DNA from: Pseudomonadota bacterium
GTDB lineage: Bacteria; Bdellovibrionota_B; Oligoflexia; Oligoflexales; CAIYRB01
Assembly: GCA_026390445.1 (NCBI GenBank)
Contig: JAPLFX010000044.1
Span: 5,550 to 69,549, forward strand
DNA: 64,000 bases
Reading direction: 5' to 3'
Part shown: positions 27,992 through 36,754 of the stretch, piece after piece
Numbering within the stretch: the first letter of the stretch is position 1
Layout: each line of letters begins with the position of its first letter
Notes under the pieces: model-generated
Told to the model about the DNA's origin: nothing
The model's database searches: none
Seen by the model: only the letters and a program-made list of their open reading frames with translations
Made by a program: the position numbers and the translations under genes

Positions 27992-28936
27992 ATGACGCCC
28001 GTGATCGAATTTTTCACCTCGCTTGGGTCGACGATTTTTTCGTCCTTGGACTTGATCGGCGTGTACGTGATTTTAGCGCTGGGTCTAAACTTGATCAACG
28101 GTATGGCTGGGATGTTCTCCATCGGCCATGCGGGCTTTTGGGCGGTCGGTGCGTACACCGCTGCCGCCATCACCGTGCATGATCCGCTGTCCACCCCGTG
28201 GCCTGTGACCTTGGCTTTGAGCATCATCGCAGCCATTGCGGTGAGTGGTCTTGCTGGGCTAGTGCTGGCCTTGCCGTGCTCGCGTTTGGCGGGTGACTAT
28301 CTGGCGATCGCGACGCTGGGCTTTTCCATCATCGTCGTGAGCCTGCTGTACAATCTCGATTTTGTTGGTGCCGCGACCGGTCTGAGCACGCCGACTTATG
28401 TGAGCAAAGGCTTTATTTGGCTGATGGTGGCGCTGTCTTTGCTCTTCTATTATCGACTGCAATATTCAAATCTGGGGCGGACCATTCTGGCTCTGCGTGA
28501 AGACGAAATCGCCGCCCAGTCGATCGGTGTTAACCGTGTTCACCTAAAGATTTTGGTCTTCGTCCTCGGCGCTGGAATGGCCGGCCTGGCCGGAGCGCTG
28601 TTTGCCAATTCGGCGACCTATATCAATCCCGCGGGCTTTGAATTTGATCAGAGCATCAAGATTCTCACCATGGTCGTCCTCGGTGGGCTTGGTTCGTTAA
28701 CTGGTGTCGTCCTTGCTGCGGTGCTCCTGACGCTGCTGCCGGAAGTCTTGCGTCTGGTCAATCTTGCTGACTACCAGATGCTAGTTTTTTCGGTGCTTTT
28801 GATCGTCATGGTGCTGGTGCGGCCGCAAGGCATTCTCGGTCGCAAGGAGTTGTGGGACTTGCCGCTGCTACGCCGCTACTGGCGGCCTAGCGGCCCGCTG
28901 CGGGTCGTCCTGGGAAGCGCGGGAGGCAAGTCGTGA
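27992..28936 (+). CDS. livM: branched-chain amino acid ABC transporter permease LivM
   Basis: LivM-type permease motifs (GHAGFWAVGAY, LREDEIAAQSIGV). Confidence 0.9.
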   Translation: MTPVIEFFTSLGSTIFSSLDLIGVYVILALGLNLINGMAGMFSIGHAGFWAVGAYTAAAITVHDPLSTPWPVTLALSIIAAIAVSGLAGLVLALPCSRLAGDYLAIATLGFSIIVVSLLYNLDFVGAATGLSTPTYVSKGFIWLMVALSLLFYYRLQYSNLGRTILALREDEIAAQSIGVNRVHLKILVFVLGAGMAGLAGALFANSATYINPAGFEFDQSIKILTMVVLGGLGSLTGVVLAAVLLTLLPEVLRLVNLADYQMLVFSVLLIVMVLVRPQGILGRKELWDLPLLRRYWRPSGPLRVVLGSAGGKS

Positions 28937-29709
28937 GCACGACCACTGCACCCCTGCTGAAGACGACGGGGATGGGCATTAACTTTGGTGGCCTCAAGGC
29001 GGTCGACGAGGTCCATCTGCAGGTTGACCCTGGTGAAATCGTCGGTTTGATCGGTCCAAACGGTGCCGGCAAAACAACCTGCTTCAACATGATCACCGGC
29101 GTCTATAAGCCGAGTCGCGGCAGTATCGAGCTTGCCGGCGAACGCATCGACGGTCAGTCAACGCCGAGCATCAATCATCTCGGGGTTGCTCGTACCTTCC
29201 AGAATATCCGCCTGTTTCGCCAGCTCAGCGTCTTAGATAATGTGCGCGTCGCGCTGCATCGTCAGGCTGGTTACGGCCTACTTGGAGCGTTGCTGAGATT
29301 GTCGCCGTATCGCCGCGCTGAGGTGGCGATACGGCAACGCGCGGAATATCTGCTGGATGTCTTCGGCCTTGCCGAGCGGCGTTGGGACCGTGCTGGGGAT
29401 TTGCCTTACGGTGAGCAGCGCAAACTGGAAATCGTCCGAGCGCTAGCCACGGAGCCCAAACTCCTTTTGCTCGATGAGCCGGCTGCCGGCATGAATCCGC
29501 AGGAAACGGCCACGCTGACGGCGCTGATCCAACGGCTGCGCCAGGAGTTCAAGGTGGCGGTGCTGCTTATCGAGCACGATATGAGTCTGGTCATGAAGGT
29601 CTGCGACCGCATCTATGTCCTCGACTACGGTAAAGAGATCGCCCGCGGTACGCCGCCTGAGATCCAGAGCAACCAACAGGTGATCAAAGCCTATCTGGGC
29701 GAGGCCTGA
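28933..29709 (+). CDS. livG: ABC transporter ATP-binding protein LivG
   Basis: Walker A GPNGAGKT, signature YGEQRKLE and Walker B LLLLDEP. Overlaps livM by 4 nt. Confidence 0.9.
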   Translation: MSTTTAPLLKTTGMGINFGGLKAVDEVHLQVDPGEIVGLIGPNGAGKTTCFNMITGVYKPSRGSIELAGERIDGQSTPSINHLGVARTFQNIRLFRQLSVLDNVRVALHRQAGYGLLGALLRLSPYRRAEVAIRQRAEYLLDVFGLAERRWDRAGDLPYGEQRKLEIVRALATEPKLLLLDEPAAGMNPQETATLTALIQRLRQEFKVAVLLIEHDMSLVMKVCDRIYVLDYGKEIARGTPPEIQSNQQVIKAYLGEA

Positions 29710-29713
29710 GACC

Positions 29714-30427
29714 ATGACCATGCTCGACGTTCGTGATATCCATGTTCATTACGGCGCGATCCATGCACTCAAAGGCGTGTCGCTTAAAGTTGAAGCCGGT
29801 ACCATCGTCACTCTGATCGGCGCCAACGGCGCCGGTAAGTCGACGACGCTGCGTGCCTTGTCGGGACTCCTGCCACTGTCGACCGGAACGATCGATTTCA
29901 TCGGCCAAAGTATCGGTGGTCGTCCGGTCCACAAGATCGTGCGCGATGGCCTTTGCCATTGTCCGGAGGGCCGCAAGGTCTTTCCTCAGCTGACCGTCAA
30001 GGCCAACCTGGAGCTTGGCGCCTATATTCGCCACGACAAGGCCGGGATCAAAAGCGACCTAGAGCAAATCTACCAGCTCTTTCCGCGCTTAAAAGAACGC
30101 CTCAGCCAGGCTGCCGGCACGCTTTCTGGAGGTGAGCAGCAGATGCTGGCCATCGGTCGTTCGTTGATGGGGCGGCCGCGTTTGCTGATGCTTGATGAGC
30201 CCAGTCTTGGCATCGCTCCCTTGCTGGTCCAGGAAATCTTTCGCACCATCAAGAAGATCAACGCCGAGCAAAAGATGACCATCTTGCTGGTTGAGCAGAA
30301 TGCGCATATGGCGCTTAAGATTGCCGACCACGGCTACGTGCTCGAAACGGGTAAGGTGGTGCTGTCTGGCAAGGCGTCCGACCTTGCCGCAGACCCGCGC
30401 ATCAAGGCGGCGTATCTCGGTCATTGA
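29714..30427 (+). CDS. livF: ABC transporter ATP-binding protein LivF
   Basis: Walker A GANGAGKS, signature LSGGEQQM and Walker B LLMLDEP. Confidence 0.9.
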   Translation: MTMLDVRDIHVHYGAIHALKGVSLKVEAGTIVTLIGANGAGKSTTLRALSGLLPLSTGTIDFIGQSIGGRPVHKIVRDGLCHCPEGRKVFPQLTVKANLELGAYIRHDKAGIKSDLEQIYQLFPRLKERLSQAAGTLSGGEQQMLAIGRSLMGRPRLLMLDEPSLGIAPLLVQEIFRTIKKINAEQKMTILLVEQNAHMALKIADHGYVLETGKVVLSGKASDLAADPRIKAAYLGH

Positions 30428-30560
30428 GTTCTTCTGGCCCGGCTTTCGATCATGTTCTGCAGTGCACTAACAGACATCGTGGCACTGTTCGCCATGTCGC
30501 TGGCAATCCCCCGCTATAGGCCGTAAATGTCGGGCTTTGCTTGTTAGGCAGGAGGTGCCC

Positions 30561-30902
30561 GTGAAGATTCCAGGTCTGCGATTTGGCGAAACCCGGAGCG
30601 GAGTGGCGATTTGCGCTTATGATGTTGCCGATCCGACTGAGATTTCGTCCTTGCTCCAGGACTACGGTGACGAAGAGCACTTCGATGCTTGGGCGCTGTT
30701 TGAGCATTTGTTGCGTCGTGAACTCCGGCATCCAGCCTATCAGACCAATGATTTTCTGCGCTTTCAGCTCTGGTCGTCCATCCACAAAGACGCCATGAGC
30801 AGCTCGGTGCGACGCGGGCAGATGGATGCCCTGTCGCTAGCTAACATTTTTGCCCTGGTTCAGTATGGCAAGAGCCGCGCAGATCACTTCTTCCGCGACT
30901 AG
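30561..30902 (+). CDS. hypothetical protein (113 aa)
   Basis: GTG 30561 lies 5 nt after AGGAGG. Composition looks protein-like. No recognised domain. The 3' end overlaps the convergent gene by 66 nt. Confidence 0.4.
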   Translation: MKIPGLRFGETRSGVAICAYDVADPTEISSLLQDYGDEEHFDAWALFEHLLRRELRHPAYQTNDFLRFQLWSSIHKDAMSSSVRRGQMDALSLANIFALVQYGKSRADHFFRD

Positions 30903-31370
30903 TGCGCGGTTAGGGTCGAGAGCGCTGTTCAAGACGAGGCAGGGATTTTGGTCGCCACTAGCTAGCATATATACCCGCTTGCCGGTGACATACTTGTTGG
31001 CCAGCCGCCAAGGACCTGTGCAAGTTACAATATGGAACTCGGGATTCTCGGTGCAGAATTGTAGGAGTTGAGGTACGTGCTCCTCATCAAAGGTGCCGCC
31101 GATGTCAACGACGGGTAAGTCCAGCCATTCGACCTCCATATAGGTGACTACCATTCCGACACGGTCATAGAATTGTTTGATGTCAAACAAGACCTCGATA
31201 TGATCTTCTCGCCGCGTCGCTCCCATGGGTCGCTCCAACTCTGCCGCGATTTCGTGCCGCTTCTGATCCCAGCGGATGATCGATATATCGGTCGAGTCGG
31301 GGCGAGGCTTGAGCGCCAGGCTCCATCGCCAATCTGCCGGCGACGGGGAGTCCGGTCTCTCACCATTCAA
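30837..31370 (-). CDS. hypothetical protein (177 aa)
   Basis: Long ORF with globular-looking composition and no recognised domain. Lies just downstream of tRNA-Gly on the same strand. Confidence 0.5.
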   Translation of the reverse strand: MNGERPDSPSPADWRWSLALKPRPDSTDISIIRWDQKRHEIAAELERPMGATRREDHIEVLFDIKQFYDRVGMVVTYMEVEWLDLPVVDIGGTFDEEHVPQLLQFCTENPEFHIVTCTGPWRLANKYVTGKRVYMLASGDQNPCLVLNSALDPNRALVAEEVICAALAILNQGKNVS

Positions 31371-31528
31371 AGTCGCTTAACCCATTAATTGCATTTGACA
31401 TTACAGACTGACGAAGCAAATGTGGGTGAGCCCACATCCTGAGTGCGCAAATAGTGCCGAGCATGTCATGCAGAGAGGGGGCGAGGTTGAACATGTGACT
31501 GAATCTAGATCGCTTGACAGTAAAAGTC

Positions 31529-31604
31529 TGGAGCGGGTTACCAGGATCGAACTGGCGACCTACACGTTGGGAACGTGTCGCTCTACCGACTGAGCTAAAC
31601 CCGC
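31529..31604 (-). tRNA. tRNA-Gly (anticodon CCC)
   Basis: The reverse complement folds as acceptor GCGGGTT/AACCCGC, D stem GCTC/GAGC, anticodon arm ACACG-TTCCCAA-CGTGT, T arm GCCAG-TTCGATC-CTGGT and encoded CCA. Confidence 0.9.
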
Positions 31605-31612
31605 GTCAGGTT

Positions 31613-31641
31613 CAGATAGCAGGCACAGGCCAGAAAGGCAA
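31613..31641 (-). promoter_or_regulatory. candidate sigma-70 promoter for tRNA-Gly
   Basis: On the minus strand: TTGCCT, 17 nt, TATCTG, ending 8 nt before the mature tRNA 5' end. Confidence 0.35.
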
Positions 31642-31731
31642 CGCTAAAGCTAGGTTGCGGGTATACTGGGAGCAAGCCGGCGAGTTAGATGCGCCTGCAC
31701 CTAGACACCTCGCCAAGACCAGGAGACGGCT

Positions 31732-32214
31732 TTGATCCGGAAGAACGTCACCGCCCTGCGCCACCATCTGTTTCGCTTGATGAGCTTGTGGCCTCCCTAT
31801 CTCGGTGCTGGCATCTATGTGCATTCCATTGATCCCCATTGCCGACGTATCGAGGTGCGCATGCGCATGCTGCCATGGACGCGCAACTACGTCGGTACCC
31901 ACTTCGGTGGGTCGCTCTATGCGATGACTGACCCATTTTTCATGCTGATGCTGATTCAGAACCTCGGCAAGGACTATATCATCTGGGATAAGGCCGCCAG
32001 CATACGCTTTAAAAAGCCTGGGACCGGCCTCGTGCGAGCGGTTTTTGAGCTGCCAGAGTCCCGTCTAGCCGAGATCAGGGAGCAGCTAAAAACCGCGGCG
32101 AAGATCGAGCCCGTCTTCCATGTCAACGTGCTCAACGCCGCCGGCGAGGTCGTCGCCGAGGTGGAAAAGCTCCTGTATATCCGGCATAAAAAGTCACTGC
32201 GACAGACCCGGTAG
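31732..32214 (+). CDS. DUF4442-type hotdog-fold protein (thioesterase-like)
   Basis: RNYVGTHFGGSLYAMTDPFFMLMLIQNLGKDYIIWDKAASIRFKKPG matches the conserved DUF4442 core as I recall it. TTG start is preceded by AGGAGA. Confidence 0.65.
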   Translation: MIRKNVTALRHHLFRLMSLWPPYLGAGIYVHSIDPHCRRIEVRMRMLPWTRNYVGTHFGGSLYAMTDPFFMLMLIQNLGKDYIIWDKAASIRFKKPGTGLVRAVFELPESRLAEIREQLKTAAKIEPVFHVNVLNAAGEVVAEVEKLLYIRHKKSLRQTR

Positions 32215-32338
32215 CGGTCCATCGGCGCGCAGCGTCAGTCTAGAATCCAGTCGGCACTTGATCCTGCCTCCCATACTTTACAGCGTCCGTCCCAGCCCGC
32301 TAAGATTGAAGCTCACCACGAGTCGAGGAGGGAGGCAG

Positions 32339-33097
32339 ATGGCTGTCAAAGTGATCGAGCGCCGCCGGTCTTTCCGTCATGCCTGCATCGGCGACTTGCC
32401 GGCTCCTTTACTGCGAGCCAACGGCAATACGCCTTTGACTGCCACCCTTATCGATGTCTCGCGCATCGGCATTGGCATGCTGTCTGGCACTGATCTAGAG
32501 GTGGGTGAGGCCTTGGTTCTGGCTCTGCCCGAGCATGCATTGAAGCTTGTTGTTTCGGGAAAACTGCCCTTACCAAGCCAAAAGCAATTCCGTTACGGCC
32601 TGACCGCCGCGGATCCTGCCGAGGACCTGGAAGCCCGCCTCAGGGCGAGCGGTAGCTTGGCAGCCAGCGATGCCAGGGCGCCGGTGATTCCAGCGGTCAA
32701 AACCGGCCGCGGCGTCGACTACCGAGCGGCTCGCTACACCATTGACTGGGACTTGCGCGTCGATGCCAAGACTCTTGGTACCAAGTTTAGCTACCAGCTG
32801 CTCGTCGCCAATATTTCTCGCTCCGGCTTTCTAGTGACGACCTTCCATAAGGAGATCGCACCTTTTCTTGTCAACACCCTGATCGATATTACGGTCGATC
32901 CGGAGTGCAAATTCTTGGCCCATCCGGTTCACGGTTTCGCCAAGGTCGTGCGCCAGATCCTGGAGAAGGACGCTGCCTCTGGCAGCAAGAAGGTGAGCTT
33001 TGGCTTGGTCATCAGCGAAATCTTCACCGAAGACAAGTCCACTTGGGAGTCCTTTATGCGAACCCTGGAGAAGGATGCCGAACCTTACATCGAATAA
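32339..33097 (+). CDS. tandem PilZ-domain protein (putative c-di-GMP receptor)
   Basis: ATG 32339 follows GGAGGAGGGAGG. First PilZ domain: RRRSFR ... DVSRIGIG. Second: NISRSGFLV. The ORF-track start at 32120 overlaps the previous gene. Confidence 0.75.
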   Translation: MAVKVIERRRSFRHACIGDLPAPLLRANGNTPLTATLIDVSRIGIGMLSGTDLEVGEALVLALPEHALKLVVSGKLPLPSQKQFRYGLTAADPAEDLEARLRASGSLAASDARAPVIPAVKTGRGVDYRAARYTIDWDLRVDAKTLGTKFSYQLLVANISRSGFLVTTFHKEIAPFLVNTLIDITVDPECKFLAHPVHGFAKVVRQILEKDAASGSKKVSFGLVISEIFTEDKSTWESFMRTLEKDAEPYIE

Positions 33098-33124
33098 ACG
33101 CTGGCAAAGCCGGCCAACAGCCTC

Positions 33125-34981
33125 TTATAAAGCCGCAGCTGCGGCGGCCTCAAACTGCGTGACTGATTCTGCCGCAATCTGCAAACTCTGGCGCCAGAAG
33201 TCAGGTTTGGTCAGATCGGCGCCTAGGTGTTTAAGGGCCACAGCCTCAGCACTCATGCTGCCGCTGTCGCGCAGCAGGCTGACGTAAGCTGGGTAGAACT
33301 CAGCCCCCAGCTGCTGGCGCTGAGCATAAACACCAAGGGAGAACAGGTAACCAAAGGTGTAAGGAAAGTTGTAGAAGCTGAGCTCGGAAATAGAAAAATG
33401 CAGTTTGCTCGCCCAAAACATCGGCGACCCCTCTGATAAACCGTCGCCGTACCACGCCGCCCAGCTATCTTTCATGAGCTGCTTCAGATCAGCCGGCTGC
33501 AGGATGGTCGCAGCGCGTCGCTCGTAAAAAGCCTGCTCGAAGGCAAATCTGGCGGGGATATTAAGCAGCAGCGACTCTACTTCGCGGGCTTGGGCCCAGG
33601 TGAAGTTTAGCAGGTCGCCGGCTGCCTTGGCTTGGCTGATCAAGGCCTGGTTGACCACGGTTTCCCCAAAGATACTAGCAGTTTCTGCTAGGGTCATGGG
33701 GTAGTTGGTGGCGGCAACAGGCATGTCGCGCATAACCCAGTTGTGAAAGGCGTGGCCGAGTTCGTGTGCCAGTGTCTTGAGCTCTCGCATGCCGCCGGTG
33801 TAGGTCATGTAGACGCGCGGCGTGCGCGACTTGGCAAATTGGGTGCAGTAGGCGCCTGGGCGCTTGGTGGGGCCGACGGTTCCCTCAATCCAGCGGTTTT
33901 TTGCCATCATTTGGACGAACTCACCCATGTCAGGATGAATACTGGCAAAGGCCTCGCTGATGAGCGCAATGGCCTCGTCAAAGCTTGGCGCGTGCCAGGC
34001 GCAAGCACCCTTGGGCGGACATGGCGCAAACAGGTCCCAGGGCGCTAGGCGTTGTTTGCCAAGCAACTTGGCCTGGAGCGACAGCACCCTTTGGCCCAGG
34101 GGCGCCGCCTCCTGGACTGCGCCCATCATGGCTTCTAGGCTGGCCTTGGTGATCCGGCTGGTGTGCAGCGGAGCGTCGAGAAAGTGCACCGGCTTGGTGT
34201 GCGAGCGGCGCTTGTAAAGGTCCAAACGCCAACCTCCCAGGGCGTTCAAGATCGCCGCCGCAGACTCTTCGTGCGCCTCCCAGGCCCGCTCCGTGCCGCG
34301 AAACGCTGCTTCGCGCACTCCGTCGTCGCGATCTTGTGACAGCGAGGCGGCCTCTGCCAACCCAGCCCGGCGGTGGCCGGTGGGAAGGTCCAGACTGACC
34401 TCAATGCTTCCCGACAGGTTGTCATAGAGGTTGCCCCAAGCTTTAGGACCGTTGACGTTGAGGCCGATGATGAGGTCTTCCTCGGCGAGCGACAGCGCAT
34501 GGTCTTTCAGTTGGCGTTCATGCATCACGCTGAAGCGGTGCGGCGCGATGGCCTCGGCTTTTAAGTAGGCCTCGATGAATTGATCGTCGGCTAACTTGAG
34601 GAGCTGGTCGAGGGCATTGTAAGCTTGGCCTAGCTGCGCCTCTAGGGCTTCGGCCTTGCCCGCCAGGGCTTTGGCTGCGGCGTTCTTGCCATCGACACTT
34701 AGCTCGCAGCTCAGGTAGGTGGCGACATTGCGCAGGAGGATGCTGGCCTTTTCGCCGAGGATCGTCGCCTCTTGTGCCCAGCGCACGCCCTGTTCACGCT
34801 CGACTCCGCTCAGCTCGTGGGCTTTGGCGACCAGTGGTGAAAGCTTTTTACCCAAGGCGGCGAGGCTGGCCGTAAGCTCTTGGGCACGGCTTAGGTCGGC
34901 ATGGAGTTCGGGCGAATCCAGAGTCGGGTATTCGCTGCTGTTGTCCCAGGATGGACCCGTTAGGTGCTTGTCGGTGCTCAT
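33125..34981 (-). CDS. pepF: M3-family oligoendopeptidase (PepF-like)
   Basis: Zinc motif HELGHAFH. The 618-aa length and overall pattern fit M3B peptidases. Confidence 0.85.
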   Translation of the reverse strand: MSTDKHLTGPSWDNSSEYPTLDSPELHADLSRAQELTASLAALGKKLSPLVAKAHELSGVEREQGVRWAQEATILGEKASILLRNVATYLSCELSVDGKNAAAKALAGKAEALEAQLGQAYNALDQLLKLADDQFIEAYLKAEAIAPHRFSVMHERQLKDHALSLAEEDLIIGLNVNGPKAWGNLYDNLSGSIEVSLDLPTGHRRAGLAEAASLSQDRDDGVREAAFRGTERAWEAHEESAAAILNALGGWRLDLYKRRSHTKPVHFLDAPLHTSRITKASLEAMMGAVQEAAPLGQRVLSLQAKLLGKQRLAPWDLFAPCPPKGACAWHAPSFDEAIALISEAFASIHPDMGEFVQMMAKNRWIEGTVGPTKRPGAYCTQFAKSRTPRVYMTYTGGMRELKTLAHELGHAFHNWVMRDMPVAATNYPMTLAETASIFGETVVNQALISQAKAAGDLLNFTWAQAREVESLLLNIPARFAFEQAFYERRAATILQPADLKQLMKDSWAAWYGDGLSEGSPMFWASKLHFSISELSFYNFPYTFGYLFSLGVYAQRQQLGAEFYPAYVSLLRDSGSMSAEAVALKHLGADLTKPDFWRQSLQIAAESVTQFEAAAAAAL

Positions 34982-35191
34982 GGTTGGCCTTTCACCTGTT
35001 GCGACTTTGGCGGCAAGAGCCGATTAAAGCCCAAAGGCCGAGCTCAAGGCAAACGCTGAATGGCCGCCAGCTCGGGCTTTGCTTCTCCTTGCCGGCGGTG
35101 TAACTAGCTAGAGTGGAGCTTCGCGCTGGGTTCATTGGCGCAAGCATGCAGCATCTCGTTAACCTTCCTCCTGCCGCGGACCCTGAGCGCC

Positions 35192-35932
35192 ATGACCCTT
35201 ACCGCAGATGACCTTAAGGCCAACCTGATCTTTAGCGACGGGGCCTGTTCCGGTAACCCCGGTCCAGGCGGTTGGGGTTCGATCATCGTGCGGCCCGACG
35301 GCGAGGTCCATGAGTTAGGTGGCGGCGACGGGGCGACGACCAATAACAAGATGGAGCTGATGGGCACCATCGCCGCACTGGAGATGGTGCACGACTCCCC
35401 GCTGCGAGTCCTGGTCTTTACCGACTCCACCTATGTCATCAAAGGCATCACGCAGTGGGTGTGGGGCTGGCGCCAACGCGGTTGGCTGACGGCCGAGGGC
35501 AATCCCGTTGCCAATCGTGAGTTGTGGGAGCGTTTGGTCCGAGTGGTGGCGGCGCGGCCCAAAACTGGCGGCATCGACTGGCGCTATGTTCGCGGTCACA
35601 CCGGCGTGGCAGGCAATGAGCGCTGCGACGAGATCGCTGTGGCCTTCAGCAAAAAGCAGCGCGTCGATCTATACCGTGGTCCGCTACTCAAGTATCAGGT
35701 ACCCATCCATGACCTGCCCGATGCCAAGGGTGACTTGCCAGAGCAGCGGCCCAAACAGCAAAAGCAGGCGGCCTACTCCTACTTGAGCGTCGTCGACGGC
35801 GTTCCGCAACGGCACCGAACCTGGGCGGAATGTGAGCGGCGGGTCAAGGGGCGTTCCGGGGCACGCTTTAAAAAAGCCATCTCCGAGGCCGATGAACGCA
35901 ACATTCTCGCGAGCTGGGGCGTTCGCCTCTAG
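35192..35932 (+). CDS. rnhA: ribonuclease HI with a C-terminal hybrid-binding (Cauli_VI-like) domain
   Basis: RNase H core: SDGACSGNPGPGGWG, TNNKMEL, VFTDSTY, GHTGVAGNERCD. C-terminal YSYLSVVDGVPQRHRTWAECERRVKGRSGARFKKAISEADE matches the RNase H1 HBD consensus. Confidence 0.85.
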   Translation: MTLTADDLKANLIFSDGACSGNPGPGGWGSIIVRPDGEVHELGGGDGATTNNKMELMGTIAALEMVHDSPLRVLVFTDSTYVIKGITQWVWGWRQRGWLTAEGNPVANRELWERLVRVVAARPKTGGIDWRYVRGHTGVAGNERCDEIAVAFSKKQRVDLYRGPLLKYQVPIHDLPDAKGDLPEQRPKQQKQAAYSYLSVVDGVPQRHRTWAECERRVKGRSGARFKKAISEADERNILASWGVRL

Positions 35933-35933
35933 C

Positions 35934-36076
35934 AAATCCGCAGTGGCTTTGTTGCCTAAATCCTGCCCTCCCGCATTCCCGCCCTCCCAGTTTTTGGGCT
36001 GCGGCTTTATTCCGCGCAACTGGGAGAGTGGGAATGTGGGAGGGCAGGATTTAGGCAATAAAGCCGTTCGCAGATC
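35934..36076. repeat. long imperfect palindromic intergenic element, copy 1
   Basis: 41-nt arms at 35952-35992 and 36018-36058 are complementary apart from 3 positions. Outer flanks are also partly complementary. The element fills the whole gap between the convergent rnhA and marC-like genes. A related copy lies at 56670-56777. Confidence 0.85.
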
Positions 36077-36754
36077 CTAAGTCTTAAATAGAGGTAGGAC
36101 CTCTTTAATTCCGTTGATAATAAACTGCACCGCCACCGCGGTCAGCAGGATGCCCATGAGGCGAGACAGCAGGTTGAGGCCCGTAGTGCCGAGGATTTTT
36201 TGTAGGTATTTCCCAGCTCTCAACGTCAAAAAGGCCCCGAACATACAGGTCGCAATGGCGGCGATGAGTTCACCTAGGCGCAGGACCGATTCCGTTCGGG
36301 TTGCCAGCAGGATCACCGTCGAGATGGCGCCCGGACCGGCCAGAAGCGGCGTTGCCAGCGGAAAGACCGAGATGTCATCGCGGTGCAAACTCTCGCCCTC
36401 CTCGGCTGGCTGCACCCTGCGCCGCACAGCATTGAGCTGAGCCATGCCGATATTGAGCAAGAGGATGCCACCGGCGATCTGAAAGGCCGGCAGGGTGATA
36501 TTGAACAGTGCAAAGAAGCGTGAGCCGCTGACGGCGACGAAGCTGAGCAGGCCGAGGGCGATCAGCGATGCTTTGCGGCGAATCATCCGCTTATCTTGCT
36601 CATTGAACCTTTCGGTGATGGTCATATAGATGGGGACGGCGGCAATTGGGTCTATAATAAAGAACAACGTCACCACTGCACCGGTGAAGTATGCCCATTC
36701 AGCTTGGTAGGAGTTAATAAACATGCTTTTGATGTTAGGCTGCTTTTGCGGCAA
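36077..36754 (-). CDS. MarC-family (UPF0056) integral membrane protein
   Basis: Six hydrophobic segments and typical MarC motifs (IDPIAAVPIYMTIT, FPLATPLLAGPGAIST, FIINGI). An alternative start at ATG 36724 is possible. Confidence 0.85.
   Translation of the reverse strand: MPQKQPNIKSMFINSYQAEWAYFTGAVVTLFFIIDPIAAVPIYMTITERFNEQDKRMIRRKASLIALGLLSFVAVSGSRFFALFNITLPAFQIAGGILLLNIGMAQLNAVRRRVQPAEEGESLHRDDISVFPLATPLLAGPGAISTVILLATRTESVLRLGELIAAIATCMFGAFLTLRAGKYLQKILGTTGLNLLSRLMGILLTAVAVQFIINGIKEVLPLFKT

Noticed and set aside
30450-30785. Minus-strand 111-aa ORF overlapping the 113-aa plus-strand ORF.
   Set aside because: Its product is low-complexity and Arg/Pro/Thr-rich with no RBS. The plus-strand ORF has an AGGAGG-GTG start and a more protein-like composition. 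Confidence in either is limited.
35684-36080. ORFs 35684..36058 (-), 35832..36080 (+) and 56599..56784 (-) give similar peptides (…NWE.GN.GGQDLGNKA…).
   Set aside because: The similarity comes from translating the two copies of the palindromic intergenic repeat. There is no RBS, and the ORFs overlap real gene ends.
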